Below, piece after piece: positions 25,777 through 38,938 of a DNA stretch of 64,000 bases. Location of the stretch: assembly GCA_973851085.1 (NCBI GenBank), contig OZ316775.1:124001-188000 (forward strand). The letters run 5' to 3'. The DNA comes from Ptychomitrium polyphyllum (taxonomy: Eukaryota). Each line of letters opens with the position of its first letter. Within the stretch, counting starts at the first letter, position 1. Under the pieces are notes generated by a model. The model was not told the origin of the DNA. It made no database searches and was given only the letters and a program-made list of their open reading frames with translations. The translations under genes and the position numbers were made by a program.

Positions 25777-26678
25777 TTGTGAGGTGGTGGGGTTCTGTTT
25801 TAGTCTGGTTTGTATATCACCGACGGGTATGGTTGACCCGTCAGAATGTATTAGAGAGGCTTGTGTGAAGCCAGGGGCGCGCACAGCCCAATTGTCCGTC
25901 CAGTAGTTTGTCTGATTACAGCTGCATGTCAACATCCATTTGTTTGCGTCTTGGTGGCGTATTGAGTGAAGTCACGAAGCAAGTGGCTGTTCCAACAGTC
26001 CTTCCCCCTTGTGCAAGTTGGCGGTTACGTGGCTTTCAATTTATATTTTTGAGACTCCGAAGGGGGGCAGGTGATTGATTGAGAAAGATCTAATTATGTA
26101 TGCAGCGTCTATCGAGGCCGGTCTGTAACACTGTACATAAGTGGCTCCCAATCAGTTACCCTCAGTGCAGCTGTGCGCGTGCGGTGTAGCTCATTGCCTA
26201 ACATACAGTTGTCATTGATATCTTCTAGGAGTCTAGTAGTGGACTCTGGAACAGATTTGCTCTATGTATACTTATAATGCAGTCACTATTCAGACGCCTG
26301 GGTGCTCCTTGTTTTTTTTAAACTAGGTTGTGTTTGTAGAGCTTTATCCGGTGGTTCACTTCTGTGTATAATTTCCAATTGTTGGTTTTGGATCACCTGT
26401 AGGCTCCGGACCGGTTATATAAACTGGAATGGTTCGTGTTTGTGCATTTGGTACTGTAACACGTACTATGGAATGGCTCACTTATGCTTTTTGACCAGAT
26501 GAATTTTCTTGGTATGGTAATAGCATTCAGCTAGCAAATTTTGCATTTCATCCCAATTGCCTTGCTTGTCACTTTGCCAATGTCAATTGTTCATAATGAC
26601 TGGTGGTATGTTGTACAGAGTTTCACACAATGCTCTATTGGGGGTGTGACACCTCAGATAATTGCTTCGTAGAGAATT

Positions 26679-26749
26679 GATGGATGGTAAAATACTTCGA
26701 TGAGATATGGATGGATGGTAAAATACTTCGATGAGATATGGATGGATGG
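26679..26749 (+). repeat. 31-bp tandem duplication (2.3 copies of gatggatggtaaaatacttcgatgagatatg); mirror copy at 42214-42284
   Basis: Exact units at 26679-26709 and 26710-26740, plus a partial unit at 26741-26749. Confidence 0.9.
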
Positions 26750-29124
26750 ATTGGAGGGGAAAGATGGGCAAGGTGTGCAGTTGTTTGATTCTCATCATTT
26801 TTTATTCTCCAAGAATTTCTTCACCTCCAAAGATGGGGAGATTTTTGGAGAATTATGAATGGTGAGAAGCATTGACAACTTGCCATTGCACTCATCTTTC
26901 TTCTTCCATTGTACTCCAATTTTCTTTGAATTCATTTTTGAGGTGTGACATTCCTATTGGGAGAGCTTGGATTCAAGAGGTGGTTGATAAAAGTTATGTT
27001 ATGTTTTAGTGGTAATGCAATGAAGGAATTAGGTTTTAGAAGTGGTGGTTAACTATATTGTCTTTGATTAGTACTAATTTTTAACAATGAAGCGTAGGGG
27101 GGGGTGCAAAGCCTTTGCCAAAGGCCGAAAAAGATAAAATAAAGACAAGAAATTAATCTAATTTAACTTTATGGTTAATTCCTGCTCTTATAGAAAAAAT
27201 ATATATAAATAAATTTGAAAAAATAACTATACCTAAAATTTCCTTACTAAAGCAAAAAACCTTTCAATAATAATTCCTTCGAAACAAAATTATTATAATA
27301 ATAGCAAGAAGAAGAAGATAACAATTGGTTTCTAAAGAATAGATATTTTAAGTTTTAGTACAACTTCAAATGTCCTATTATTTATCCAATGTATTGGTGT
27401 TCCTTTAAAACGTTTAATTTGACAAAATTTTGATATGTTTGTATTTATGAAAAAATATTATTGAATTTTAATTAATGTTTTTGTTTCATAAGCAGTGGCT
27501 TGGTTATGTGCCCAATGTGGTGCATGTCACAAAATTAGTTTAAATAAAGTCATAGTGTTTTATTACAGGTGGTCATTTTTATTAATTATGGACCATGGAA
27601 GTTCTACAACATGAAGAATATCAATACATCTTTTTGTGATAAAAATGTAGAATAAATAATTTATAACCTCATGGAGCTTTATTTAATAATATGCACTATT
27701 AGCCAAAATATTGTGATTCAAGTATCTACCACTTTGATTTAATTGAAAACATATAAAAATAAATTGCTTTATTATTTCGCTATTATGTATTTGTTCAAAT
27801 ATACTTCTAAAACAATAGATTAGACAGCTTGTAAAAATTTACCAAAAAAAACAGATTCAAAAAATCCTTTCCATAATGCAAGAGCTTCATTCCAAGAAGA
27901 ATTAATGTTTGTTAATTCTATAAAAGAGGATGCAAAAAATGAGCACCTTCTATTACATTTTAGAGCTACAAATTTTATTTTTTTGTTTTTTTATTTTTAC
28001 ATCATGAAGAGGCAAAAATTTATAGGTGAACCATTTGCATTGAGACTTTACAAAGAGTTAAGTTTGCAAAAATAATGATATACACATTGGAAATGTTTTG
28101 GACCTCTTTTTATTTCATCCTTTTCTTTTTTTAGTTTTAGTTTTTATTGTCTTTTTGCTAAGACAATTTCAATAAATTATTAAAACCATTCATGTTCACA
28201 ATGATTTGTATTTTTTTTTGTTCATTATTGAAAGTTGAGGACAAACTTTTTTTTCTTCAAATATTGTAATGTTTTTCCCATCTTGCTTTATAAAACTTAA
28301 TGTCTAGAACAATCTTAATTGATGATGGCCTTAAAGTACAAAAATCAACATCAAAGGTTATAAGTAAAGCTTAGTATATTTTATTGTTTTTAAGTTAAAA
28401 CAAACATTTTATTGTAATAAAATCTTAATAAACTAAATTCTATTCTATTTTGAGGTTTTTGACAAATAATTTGATTTTTTCAGATTTACATAACTATACT
28501 AAAAATTTATACTATAATTTATTCCAAACATATAATAATACAAAATTTAAAACCCTTTAAGATGTCGTATTTTAGATGTATTGATAATATATTAATTTCT
28601 TAATAACAAAACTTTATATGTAAAAAAACATATTTCATTTACATGTGAATGGAAACTAGATAGGAACTTATGAAATATGTCAAAAGTCTATGATATTTAT
28701 ATTGAATGATGCAACAACTACAATAATAATAGATCTTTTTGTATTTTTCAAAAATTCCACATAAAAAAAAACCACCACAATGACATGAAATTTATATACA
28801 AAAGTCATATAATTTTTTATCATTTTACTTACTTTATTGTGTTACAAAGTCCAATATAGAAATTATATTAACATAATTTATCAACTATAAATTTAATTTT
28901 TATATTTCATTCATTTCTTTCTTGGTACTTTTATCACTTCTAATATTTATAGGTATATTTCTAAATACTATTTAGTATAAATAAATGATTCTCTTGCATG
29001 TATTGCTTAAAGTTTAAGTAGGTACTTTCTTTCCTTACACTTTTACTTTTACCAAATTTAACTTCCAACACCCAATTCTGGAATACAAAAAGAACTTTAG
29101 ACTTTTAAGAACCAAAATATGGAA

Positions 29125-29230
29125 AAATTTAAAAAATTTAAAAAATTTAAAAAATAATAATAATAATAATAATATATATATATATATATATTTATATATA
29201 TTTGTATATGTATATGTATGTGCATATGCT
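29125..29230. repeat. Compound microsatellite (aaaaaattt)n-(aat)n-(at)n upstream of eIF4B
   Basis: Directly visible. Confidence 0.85.
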
Positions 29231-29535
29231 TATACTTATAGATCTTAAATCTGGTCATTTATATTTCTGAATATTCCAGTCTTGGGCCAGAACGCCAACA
29301 AGGCCAGGCTGCAAAGCTGTGAGCAGGCACAGAAGCGACGAGAGAGCCCACCCTCGAAGGGCGCAGGCGCGCTCCCCGGGAACTGATTCACACTGAGGCC
29401 AGGTTGGGGGGGGGGGCTTTCGTTTGCGTTTCGATTCATTTTATTCCATTCACTTCTTCAACTTCTCGCATTCTCGCAGGCTCTCGCGTTTCCGCCTGTC
29501 TTTAGGGATTCCTCGCAGCGCCGCAGGTCGGAGCC

Positions 29536-31886
29536 ATGGCCAGGGCGTGGGGCGGTGCGGGCGCGTGGGCGGCCGAGGCCGAGCTCGCGGACCAGGAGGC
29601 CAAGGAGCGCGAGGCGCAGACGTACAAGGCGCCAGGCAGCGTGAAGGAGGAGGCCTTCCCGTCGCTGGGCGACTCGCTGAGCACCAAGCCCACCAAGAAG
29701 AAGAACAAGAGCGTCACGGTGTCATTGAGCGAGCTCATGGTGGGCAAGTACGTCGGGCCCGGCGGCAAGCAGCGCAGCTCGTACACTGATAGCGCGAAGC
29801 TGACGACGGAGGAGCTGCTGTCGCTGCCCACAGGGCCGCGCGAGCGTGCGGAGGATGAGGCGCCGATCGGCGGGCTCGGGGGCGGGTTCAAGGACTACGG
29901 GGGGTTCCGCGGGGGGGCCAACGACCGGGGCGGCGAGAGGGAGGAGCGGCGTGGGGGCTTCGGCGGAGGCTATGGCGGGGACCGTGATCGGGAGGGCGGT
30001 GGTGGCGGGTTCGGGCGCGACCGCAGCCGCGAGCGCGACGATGGGCCGTCGCGCGCGGACTCGGACGACAAGTGGGGGGCGACGAAGAAGTTCGTGCCGT
30101 CGCTGCCGAGCGAGCGGGGCACGGCAGATAGGGGTGGCGAGAGGGGTGGATATGAGGAGGATCGTGGGCGCGGCGGGAGGCTGAGCGACCGCGACATGCC
30201 GTCGCGCGCCGACGAGGTGGACAACTGGGGATCGACGAAGAAGTTCGTGCCCGCGGCGGCTGCAGTGGGGGCGGGCGGTGACGGATACAATGACCGGAGG
30301 TCGTCAGGCAGGTATGAGCGGCGAATGGTGGTTGTTAGGGTTTGGGGGTGCTTGGGGTGGGAGATGGGGAGCGGCAGGGGTTGCGGAGTGGTGGCAGTTT
30401 GAGAGAGGGTGGTGGCACAATGTGGCACATTTGGAGAGATGTTTTGGGCGGGGTTTAGAAAGTGCGTGCAATGTGATGACTGGATTAGGGCGTGAATGGT
30501 GTTTGCAATGATTTGTGCGTGTGTCCAGGCATTCATTCGGGCACGGGCATGGGCACGAGTGGTAGAGTAGAGTAGGTAGCGGAGCGTGGTAGTAGAGTTG
30601 CGAAGTTGGAAGCTTTGGCAGTAGACCGGGAATGGGTGCAGAGTGGCAGCATTGGAGAGGGTGAGGGCAGTGTCCAAATCGTGAGTTTCGGGGTGAGTTG
30701 CTGATTTTGGCATATGGATTTACAGATACGAGGAGCGTAGGGTAAGCATGGGGGGATTCGACGACCATCCTCGCAGCGACCGGGACATGGTGTCTCGCGC
30801 CGACGAGGTGGACAATTGGGGGAAGGGAAAGAAGTTCGTGCCGAGCGCGGTTCCTCCGACCCGAGGCGCGAGCGGTGGATTCGACTCGACGTACAGGGAA
30901 GCAGGCGCCGATGCCGATCGGTGGGCACGGAAGGAGCCCGTAGCTCGGGATCCGGAACAGCCGCGTGTGTCGGAGAGGCCCCGTTTGAAGTTGGCACCGC
31001 GCAGCGTGCCGGTGGACAGTCCCCCTCGACCGGCTTCGGCCTCAGCGGAGGTGAACGGGGAGAAGGAGGGCGGAGATGTGGAGCAGCTGTTGAGCCCAGC
31101 TCAGAAACCGAAGGCGCGTTTCAACCCGTTTGGTGCGGCTCGGCCGCGGGAGGAGATATTGGCGGAGAAGGGGCAGGACTATCGGAAGATTGACGCAGAT
31201 CTTGAGGTGCCGCGGGAAAGGTTCGGAAGGCCTGGGAGCAGCCACTCGAACCGGCCGGGGAGCAGCCACTCGACACGGCCGGGGAGCCGGCCTGGGACAC
31301 CCGGGGGAGTGTCGAGCAGGCCCGGGACTCCCGAAGTGCCCCGATCAAGGCCGAGTCCGTTCGGCGAGGCACGACCAAGGGATATCAACTTGGTGGAGGC
31401 AAGAGGCAAGGATTCACAGACACTGAACGTGGATCTTGAGCGGCGGCTGGCAGAGGAGAGGTAGTTACGATTGCTGCTGCTGGTGTGAATCTGTTTGATG
31501 TGTTTGTAGCACAAATGTTTCGGTTCCTCGGTGTAAGATTTTTCAGGTTTTTCTTTGTTTTTCTTATTGATTGGTGTGCTTCTGTTTAATGTTTGTGGAT
31601 GTTTTGTGCATTTCAATGCTTTTTGGAGTTTGGTTGTTTTTTGCGAATGTTCTGCATGTTGGAATTGCACGTGGTGGTATATTGCTTTTGTTTGTGTCTG
31701 CTTTTGAATTTAGGTACTGTTTGCAAGGATTCTTTCTTGAGGTTTATTTTTGTTTGTTATGTTTATCTTTTGTTTTGTTTTGGTTTGTATGTGTATGCTT
31801 TGTGCCTGACGGATTGTTGTCTTGATTTCAGTATTAAGGAGGGTATTGGAGCAAATGCCGGTTCTGAGTTGGTTGAGCAAGATTGA
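29536..31886 (+). CDS. eIF4B: Plant-type eukaryotic translation initiation factor 4B; exons 29536-30311, 30726-31460 and probably 31832-31886 (~521 aa)
   Basis: N-terminus MARAWGGAGAWAAEAE...EAFPSL, followed by LPTGPRER, SRADEVDNWG repeats, ERPRLKLAPR, NPFGAARPREEILAEKGQDYRKID and SRPGTP, all plant eIF4B motifs. Intron 1 is AG|GTATG...TACAG|A (phase 2). The last exon is less certain; without splicing, the frame stops at 31464. Confidence 0.92.
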
Positions 31887-34800
31887 GGAGGTACAAATGG
31901 TGCCTTTGCCACATAGCATAGGTTCATTGAAAGTTATATTTTGCAATGGATTATGAGAGCCCACATTTCTACGAGAGAGTTAGGAGTGAGATGATCATTA
32001 GAATGGTTGTTATAGAGATCCCTTGGATTTTGATTTCATCTGAAAGGTTTCTGCAACCAATAGCTGTTAGCCTTCAGTGGCAATGGTTATGAGTTTTCTA
32101 GGAAAAAAGTGTATTTGTGGGTGATATTGACCTTTTTGATCTTTTTGTAACAAGTTAATTTCTTTGTTTATTTAGATGTTTAGTTCGATGTCTAACAAGG
32201 AGCTTCATGGGACTTGGAAGAGGGTGTTTGTAGCTTTTGTGCAGATGATTTTCCTATTTTTGGCTTGCTCACTTGGTTATCTTGTTCTTATTTCAATCTC
32301 TTATAGTTGGTAGTTTTTTGTGTAATTGCACAGAGAAATTAGGGTTGTTTGTCTAACTAAATATTTGGTTTGTGAATGTACTTGTAGTTCCTGATACTGT
32401 AAAATTGAGTACATTCATCATTGGGATTTCTTGTATTTGATTATTTAGTACTTTGGTTTTAATTAGGTTGTCTCAGACTCGTTATCTTAAGTGTGTCCGT
32501 CAGATTATTCTTCTGACTGGTATTTTACTTTTTCTTTTCTAAATCATAGTTTGCAATTTCATCATGGGCTTGGAGCGTTCTATTATGAGCCTTGCTTTTA
32601 ATCTTGCTCATATTATGCTTATGGCATTGAGATTGTTGATGTCGCTTGTGGTGACTTATGACTACTGGTAGAGTGTATAATGAAATATTTGTTTTTCTCT
32701 TAAGAGTATCTCTACTACTGCACTTAGTACTTGCACCAAGCATACAACTAATGACCAAGATATGATGCAAGTGTGACTATCCTTCCTATTCATTCCATAT
32801 TCAAGGTTGGTATTAAGTGTGGTGGTGGAGGCGCTCGTTTGCAATGTTGGAGTGGGTACAAGTATTTAGTGTATTTAAGGCTTGTGTAAAACCTTCAATC
32901 ATGTCATGTTCACTGTCCAGAATAGTTCAGAAATTTGGCATTACCAACAATTTTGAAATCACACTGCCTGCTAAAGAATTGTGCAAATGACAAATTGTAA
33001 AGTGTGTTGGAAATTAAGTTTTTACTCGAAAAAATAAAAAGTATCTACAAGGAACGTGTGACATATTTCCTCCTATTTCATGGTAATACCATGTTAATTT
33101 TGACCATCATAAATGAGATCTTCAATTATTTCTAGAGGTGTATTTTCAAGTTCCCTTAAATACTGTTATGGAATAACAACATTCTATTTTCCAAGTCTCT
33201 AATAAGCTCTTACAAGATCATGTTTGGTTGTTTTTTTGTAGTGCCAATTGTAGCAATCTCAACATTGTTCTAATATGGATCAACATTGTTTTTTAATATG
33301 AAATTCGAATTTTGTAAAGCAAGGATCATAAAGTAATTAGAGTTTTATGATGGATAGGTGCTAATTTTCGGGAATAAATGCAATTGCCTTTCCAATGCAC
33401 TTTTCCATTTACACAATTCTCAAACATTTGATCTGACTTTAAAATTGTTGGTAAAGTCCACAGTGTGCACTATTTCAAAAATGAATACATTATTATTAAT
33501 ACAACTTATATAATAGGTGGATTTTCCAATAAGAATTTTCAAAAATGAAGTTTGTCATGTTTTTTCCTAGTGAATTTAAGAAACTTCCAAAACTTCAACA
33601 TTTTATAATATTTGAAGATTTATGGACTTTAAAATCAATAAAAACGTCACTTATTTATATTTTCAAAAATAGAAATGTTCTTACATTTTTAGCACGATTA
33701 AAAGTAAGGATTAGGTTTGATAGAAAATATTTCAAAATTATGGAGTTCAAAATTCTAATAAAGTAGTGATTTTATTATTCAATTGGAAATTCAATTTTAA
33801 GTCACCAAATGTAAAAATAAAAGGATTTATAATTATTTCATCGTGGTAGACTATTGCATTTATCATAAGAGCATGCAATGGTAGTTTATGATTTCAACAA
33901 TTTTAAGTTTAAGGTTTTTCAAATTAATTGTTGGTGTTTTTCAAATATATTGGATTGACCTTTGCATATGGTATGCAATTTTTTAATATATACACAATCT
34001 TTCATAAAACTCTAGAATCTTTGGAGTTACTTATTTGACCATTTGAATTCATCTATATGTGTGAATTCAAATCATTAATGGAATATTTTAAAATAAAAAG
34101 TTTCAAGAATTAATAAATTATTATTAATGCCTACCATGAAGTAAGATAAAGTGAATCATGGAAATCATCTATTAATTTAGTTTCAATCATTTATCATTTA
34201 GAAGCAAGAAAATAATACATATATCACTTTTGTTTCATTATACATTCTTTTAATTTTTTTTCTTAAAATGTAAATGCCAAGGCAAGGAAGAAAACGATAT
34301 TTTGAAATATTTAAAAGGTGAATTGCAAATATAGTTGTCAAAGTTATGATTGGGGTCACCTTTTGTAACCAAAATGATCTTCAATACATGCAAGTTCTTG
34401 TATTTTATTTAAGTTGATAACGCATTTAATTTTTTTAATATTTAAGAAGTTGAAACACCATCATGTTGGTATACTTTCACCTCAATTTTATTACTTTTTT
34501 AGATATATGAATGACACCTAAATTCAAATTTTTACTTTAAATTATTCTTTTAATGATTTAATTGGAAATATTAGAACATGGTGTTTTTTGGATTCTACTT
34601 TAAAAAATAAAAACTATTCAATATTCCTTTTTATTGCAATACTAGCTTACTTTCCATTATTGCCAATCAAAAATCATGACTTATTTGCTTTATCATGATT
34701 TTGATTCTTAATATTGTTGAAGTACAAACTTTGCAACCGTGAAAGTTAATATTTCCATATATTTAATTTTTAATGAAAATTAATTAAATTTAATTCTACT

Positions 34801-36455
34801 CCATTTTGAATATTAACAAATATTTTTGTAATAGTAAACAAAAATAAATGTGAAGTTTTGAATTATGAAAATATAATAAGTGACAATCTTTATATTCCTT
34901 TCCTTATATACAAGTCTAAATTTTTTTGAATTTTCTTCAAACTAAAAACATATGATTTGTAAAGATTTGAAGATGTCCATTTAATTGGATGTTGAAGTCT
35001 GCAATTATTTTGTAAAATGTGTTATCACAACAACCTCAAGTTCTTTAAAAATCCACCTTAAAATAAGACTCTATTGCTAATAAACAAAATCTGTTTGTGA
35101 TTGATTTTAAATATGTAAGGTTAAATAACTAGTGTAAAGTTTTATGAAATGTCTATTTGTATAGCATTAGTTAGAAGTTTATAAAAAAAACTATAATGGG
35201 ATAATAATAATTAATTCTTTTTGTTGTATAATAAACGGCTACTTAGAAATAAACCTACTATAGTACTTAATAAATGTCCAAAATACATTAATATAATACA
35301 AGATGCTTTAAAGTTCAAAGAAATTATTTTGAGAATATTTGCAAAACATACCATGAAAAACTGGTTGAATTATAGAATATCATGTTTAATTTGTGCCCCA
35401 ATAAATGATCCCTTACACGCACATGTATCCCAGGTTCATTACAGAGTGCTCCCCCATTGTACACCTGAATTCAACTTTGTGCAAAAATTCAATTTTTATT
35501 AGCATGTTCAATGAAATTCAGGCACTTGTTTATTTATTTGTGCCAACTCAGCAACATTAGTCTTCATTGTGTTTCCACAGTCCTTTCATTACACTTGGCT
35601 ACATGCAAACCTGTTTGCAATCTACTCAAAATACATTCAACACAAACAATGAGTACTAAATGTCCACAGTATTGGAACAACATTTTTTATAGTATGCATA
35701 TATGGGCATTGGGTCATGTTGGTTGTGCATACATTTCAAACTTACTATCCTTGATCCAACTTTGAACCTGTAATATAATTACACAGTCTGCTACAGAGAG
35801 GTTTTGGAGCACAGGCAAACTTTCAGCATGAGAGTAAAGTTAACATCCCCCAGCAGAGTAAATAATCAAAAACATTACAGTATCACAGAACGAAATGTAA
35901 AGATTGTATTGATTGGAAGCAGGTGTTGAAGTACGATGTTCCCACAAGAAGTTCCTGCAATCTAAATTTCACTCTCCAAAAATGTTAGCCCTTGGGAGTG
36001 GGAATTTTCTATCATTTGTATTAGGTAAATCCTTTAAAAAAACATAAATGGTAGAATCTCAAAAACTAACACTTATGAAATATTAAGAAGTACAAATTAT
36101 CTCAAAGTCAAAGTTTATCAAAATTAAAATTTTAAAAATTAAATTAAATTAAATTAAATTAAAAAAAAATATATAACTTTATTACTTTTCATGGCATGTA
36201 TATTAAGGTCATACATAAAACATGTTTTGTACCTTCATACATAGAGAGGCACTTGTATGAACCACTTGTATTAGATGTCATATCTTCTGCTAATTCAGAT
36301 TGTATGAGACTCATATGTTTAAGTATATGTCATTAGCAAATTAACATGGAATTTTGCCCAAAAAGCTGTAATCTGCTCACCCACTTAAGATTCCTAATCC
36401 TGTGAGTGAAGGCTGCCACTCCTCTCAAAATCTGCACATATCCTATGTCATGGTG

Positions 36456-38938
36456 TTAAAGCCAATTCTCAGGCTCCTCTTCCACGGCTGTCTGCTTTGA
36501 GGAACTAGAGCATCTGGAAAAAAAAAGTAGCAGGGAAGGAAGAAGAATGGGCTTCTCAACATCAGCATTACACCATGGACAGTTTGGTTTCTACTATTAT
36601 GCTTTAGTGGGACAGGAAATTTGACTAACTTAAAACATACAACTATGTGATTAATTATGGGCTTTTTGAGGAATTATATGTTTATACTACAATTCAAGGT
36701 GTATTGGTAAGCCATCAATTCTTGATTACTCTTATTTATTTATAAATTTTTTGGTCTTAAGTATCATAATTTAATCTAATTCAAATTTGTTAGTCTACAT
36801 TTGGATTCTTTTTAGCTTAAAATTTTACATTTGAATTACATGATTCATGTTTTTATCAAATTTTCTTCAATTTTTTTTCATGTGATATACATGTCTAAGC
36901 CATTTACCATTTTAAAAATTTTGGTGACCAATGGATGTATTCTTATTTGTGAATTTGGAAATCCATAATAAATTAATTGTATGATAGCATGATCTTAATA
37001 TGAAAGTTCTTTTAATTGTTTAGTATTTTTTCTTTTTGAAAATTCTCTTTTCATTGAAACTTATTTACTTTCACATGTTGTTATTGGTAAAATCACAATA
37101 TGGAACATATTGATCTAAAAAATGAGCCAAATACATAATTCAAAGATAATAAATTAGATTTTTGCTAATTCTATTTAATTCTTAGGTACGTGAAAGTATT
37201 TCCATAAACCGAATGAATGGGAAACATATATGTATTTTTGGATTTTTTTTGAAACAGATAAAGTTTAAGAAACATTCAACATAAAAAATTGCATGTTCCA
37301 ATTTTACAACAATTCTTATTTAAAAGCAAACCAAAGTTGTAAAAGTAAATATATCAAAAAGCACTTAGAATTTGAAACAATCTAAAAGGCCACAATTCCA
37401 AAGAATGCCATACAAATGTTAAGAAATTCATTATAAAATGAAATCAAGAAGATAAACCTAATTTATGGAAATTTACTTTTAGTTTTTCAAAACATGTCTA
37501 TCATTGTATCATTGTTAAGAGATATCAGAGGAATACGTTGATGTTTGACAAGAGTTTGTATGGCATTTACTAAACTGTTATTTTGTAGATAGTACAAATA
37601 AGAATCTTACAAAATATATACTAAAAACCAATGTCAATTTTATCTACTTTTGTAAGAATTGAAAAACTAGTATGTAAATCAAGCTAAACAGCATCACTCT
37701 AAATGATAAATAAAAACTTTACATAAATTTAACATAATTCATTATTCTTAGTTTTACAATGATTTTATACAAAGTAATGCATAAATTTATGTCACATTCA
37801 CAAAAGTTTTCTACTACATTCATGTACTACATTCATGTTGGAACAATGACAATAAACAATGTGATTTTGATACAAAACTCATATGTACTAAGACTCATCA
37901 AAAAACACATAAACAATTGGTTGTATGTTCATGTGAATTTTATATTAAGTTTACACAAAATTATATCTTCCTTGTGCTTTAATGAATCTAATACACTTCA
38001 ATTAGTTTGTAATCAAGGATTTTTTTTAATGAACACTTGGCCTTTCTATCATAGCTTATATAAATGGGGAGAATTGCCATTGTCAATGGCATTACTATTA
38101 TAATGGAGCATATAGGCTAAATACATCATATATTGTACACAATGTTTAGCAAAATTTAGCACTTGGAGAAGAAGTGGGTTACAATAATGATAATATACAT
38201 CATGGTATAAAATCATTTAGCAAAAGATGTTATGGCAAGTTGAAAGAGTAAATGCTTGAAAGAATATCACTTGGCTTGATGTCTTAAAAAAATGATCTAC
38301 AAATAGAGTCATTCAAACATATTAAATCATTTACAAATGTTGTACATTTTTCAAAGCATTGACTTTACTAAGGTATTTAAAAATTTCTAAGAACACTTTA
38401 CTTAGATATAATTTGGTTAATTCAAATGCACCATTAATTGTTAAATGATAAATCTAAATTCAATAAATTGAAACAATTTTGAGACTTACCTTCTAAATAT
38501 TAAAAAATACTTTTCATTCTAAAATAAATGACACTAAACATATTAGTTTGTCATGAATGATGCTTAACAAAGAAATTTTGCAATTTTGCAATTTTCTTTA
38601 AACATGAGCAATTTATGATGAGAGCTTTTCAAAAAATGAAAAAACCTAGCCCAAGGAGCTGTTTAAAGGTTGATGTCAGCAAGGAAAGAAGTATGTGTGT
38701 CAGCATCTCCGATTTTAAAGCTAAAAATGCTTGTTTGTGACTAAGCAAAATTCATGCTTCCATCTCCACTTCAAGTGAAACCCAGCTTCACCAAACTGGC
38801 TTTCTCTAGGAAACCAAGATAAAAATGGGTTTGTTCCAGGCTCCTGAATCATGTTCAGCTCTAGATTGAAGGTGTTCGATGGCAGTTTCTACTTGTGCAC
38901 ATCTCTGGCAAGTATATTGGGCTCACTGGAATGAGGAC
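36456..38938 (-). pseudogene. Two terminal exons (38938-38646 and 36513-36456) of a decayed, unidentified protein-coding gene
   Basis: Acceptor ttttatag| at 38939 and donor GCTAG|GT at 38646/38645. A strong acceptor ctacttttttttttccag| lies at 36514. The phase-2 join gives ...TAPWAR|CSSSSKQTAVEEEPENWL*. The upstream exon has six in-frame stops. Both are islands of higher GC in AT-rich DNA, followed by 3'-UTR-like sequence to ~35400. Confidence 0.5.

Larger units (their letters stand above)
17426..28117 (+). repeat. Left arm of ~10.7 kb near-identical inverted duplication
   Basis: Every ORF from 17464 to 26798 has an identical translation on the opposite strand at 68963-x. The inner boundary (…gacctctttttatttca|tcc) is abrupt at 28117. 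Identity at the outer edge ends at 17426, with mismatched homology continuing to 17396. Confidence 0.97.

Noticed and set aside
19131..25935. Numerous antisense and alternative-frame ORFs across the SAPS gene
   Set aside because: They are fully explained by the 21-exon model. Their exact repetition at 43028-49832 reflects the DNA duplication, not independent conservation.
26679..26749. 31-bp direct repeats as a possible CRISPR-like array
   Set aside because: The units are directly adjacent with no spacers, there are only 2.3 copies, and the context is eukaryotic.
29502..31670. Antisense ORFs of 129-247 aa over eIF4B
   Set aside because: These are shadow ORFs from GC-rich codon usage on the sense strand.
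38646..38938. Treating the six stop codons as proof of methylation-driven C-to-T decay
   Set aside because: All stop codons begin with T, so each is trivially derivable from C. An intact homolog is needed for the argument to be informative.
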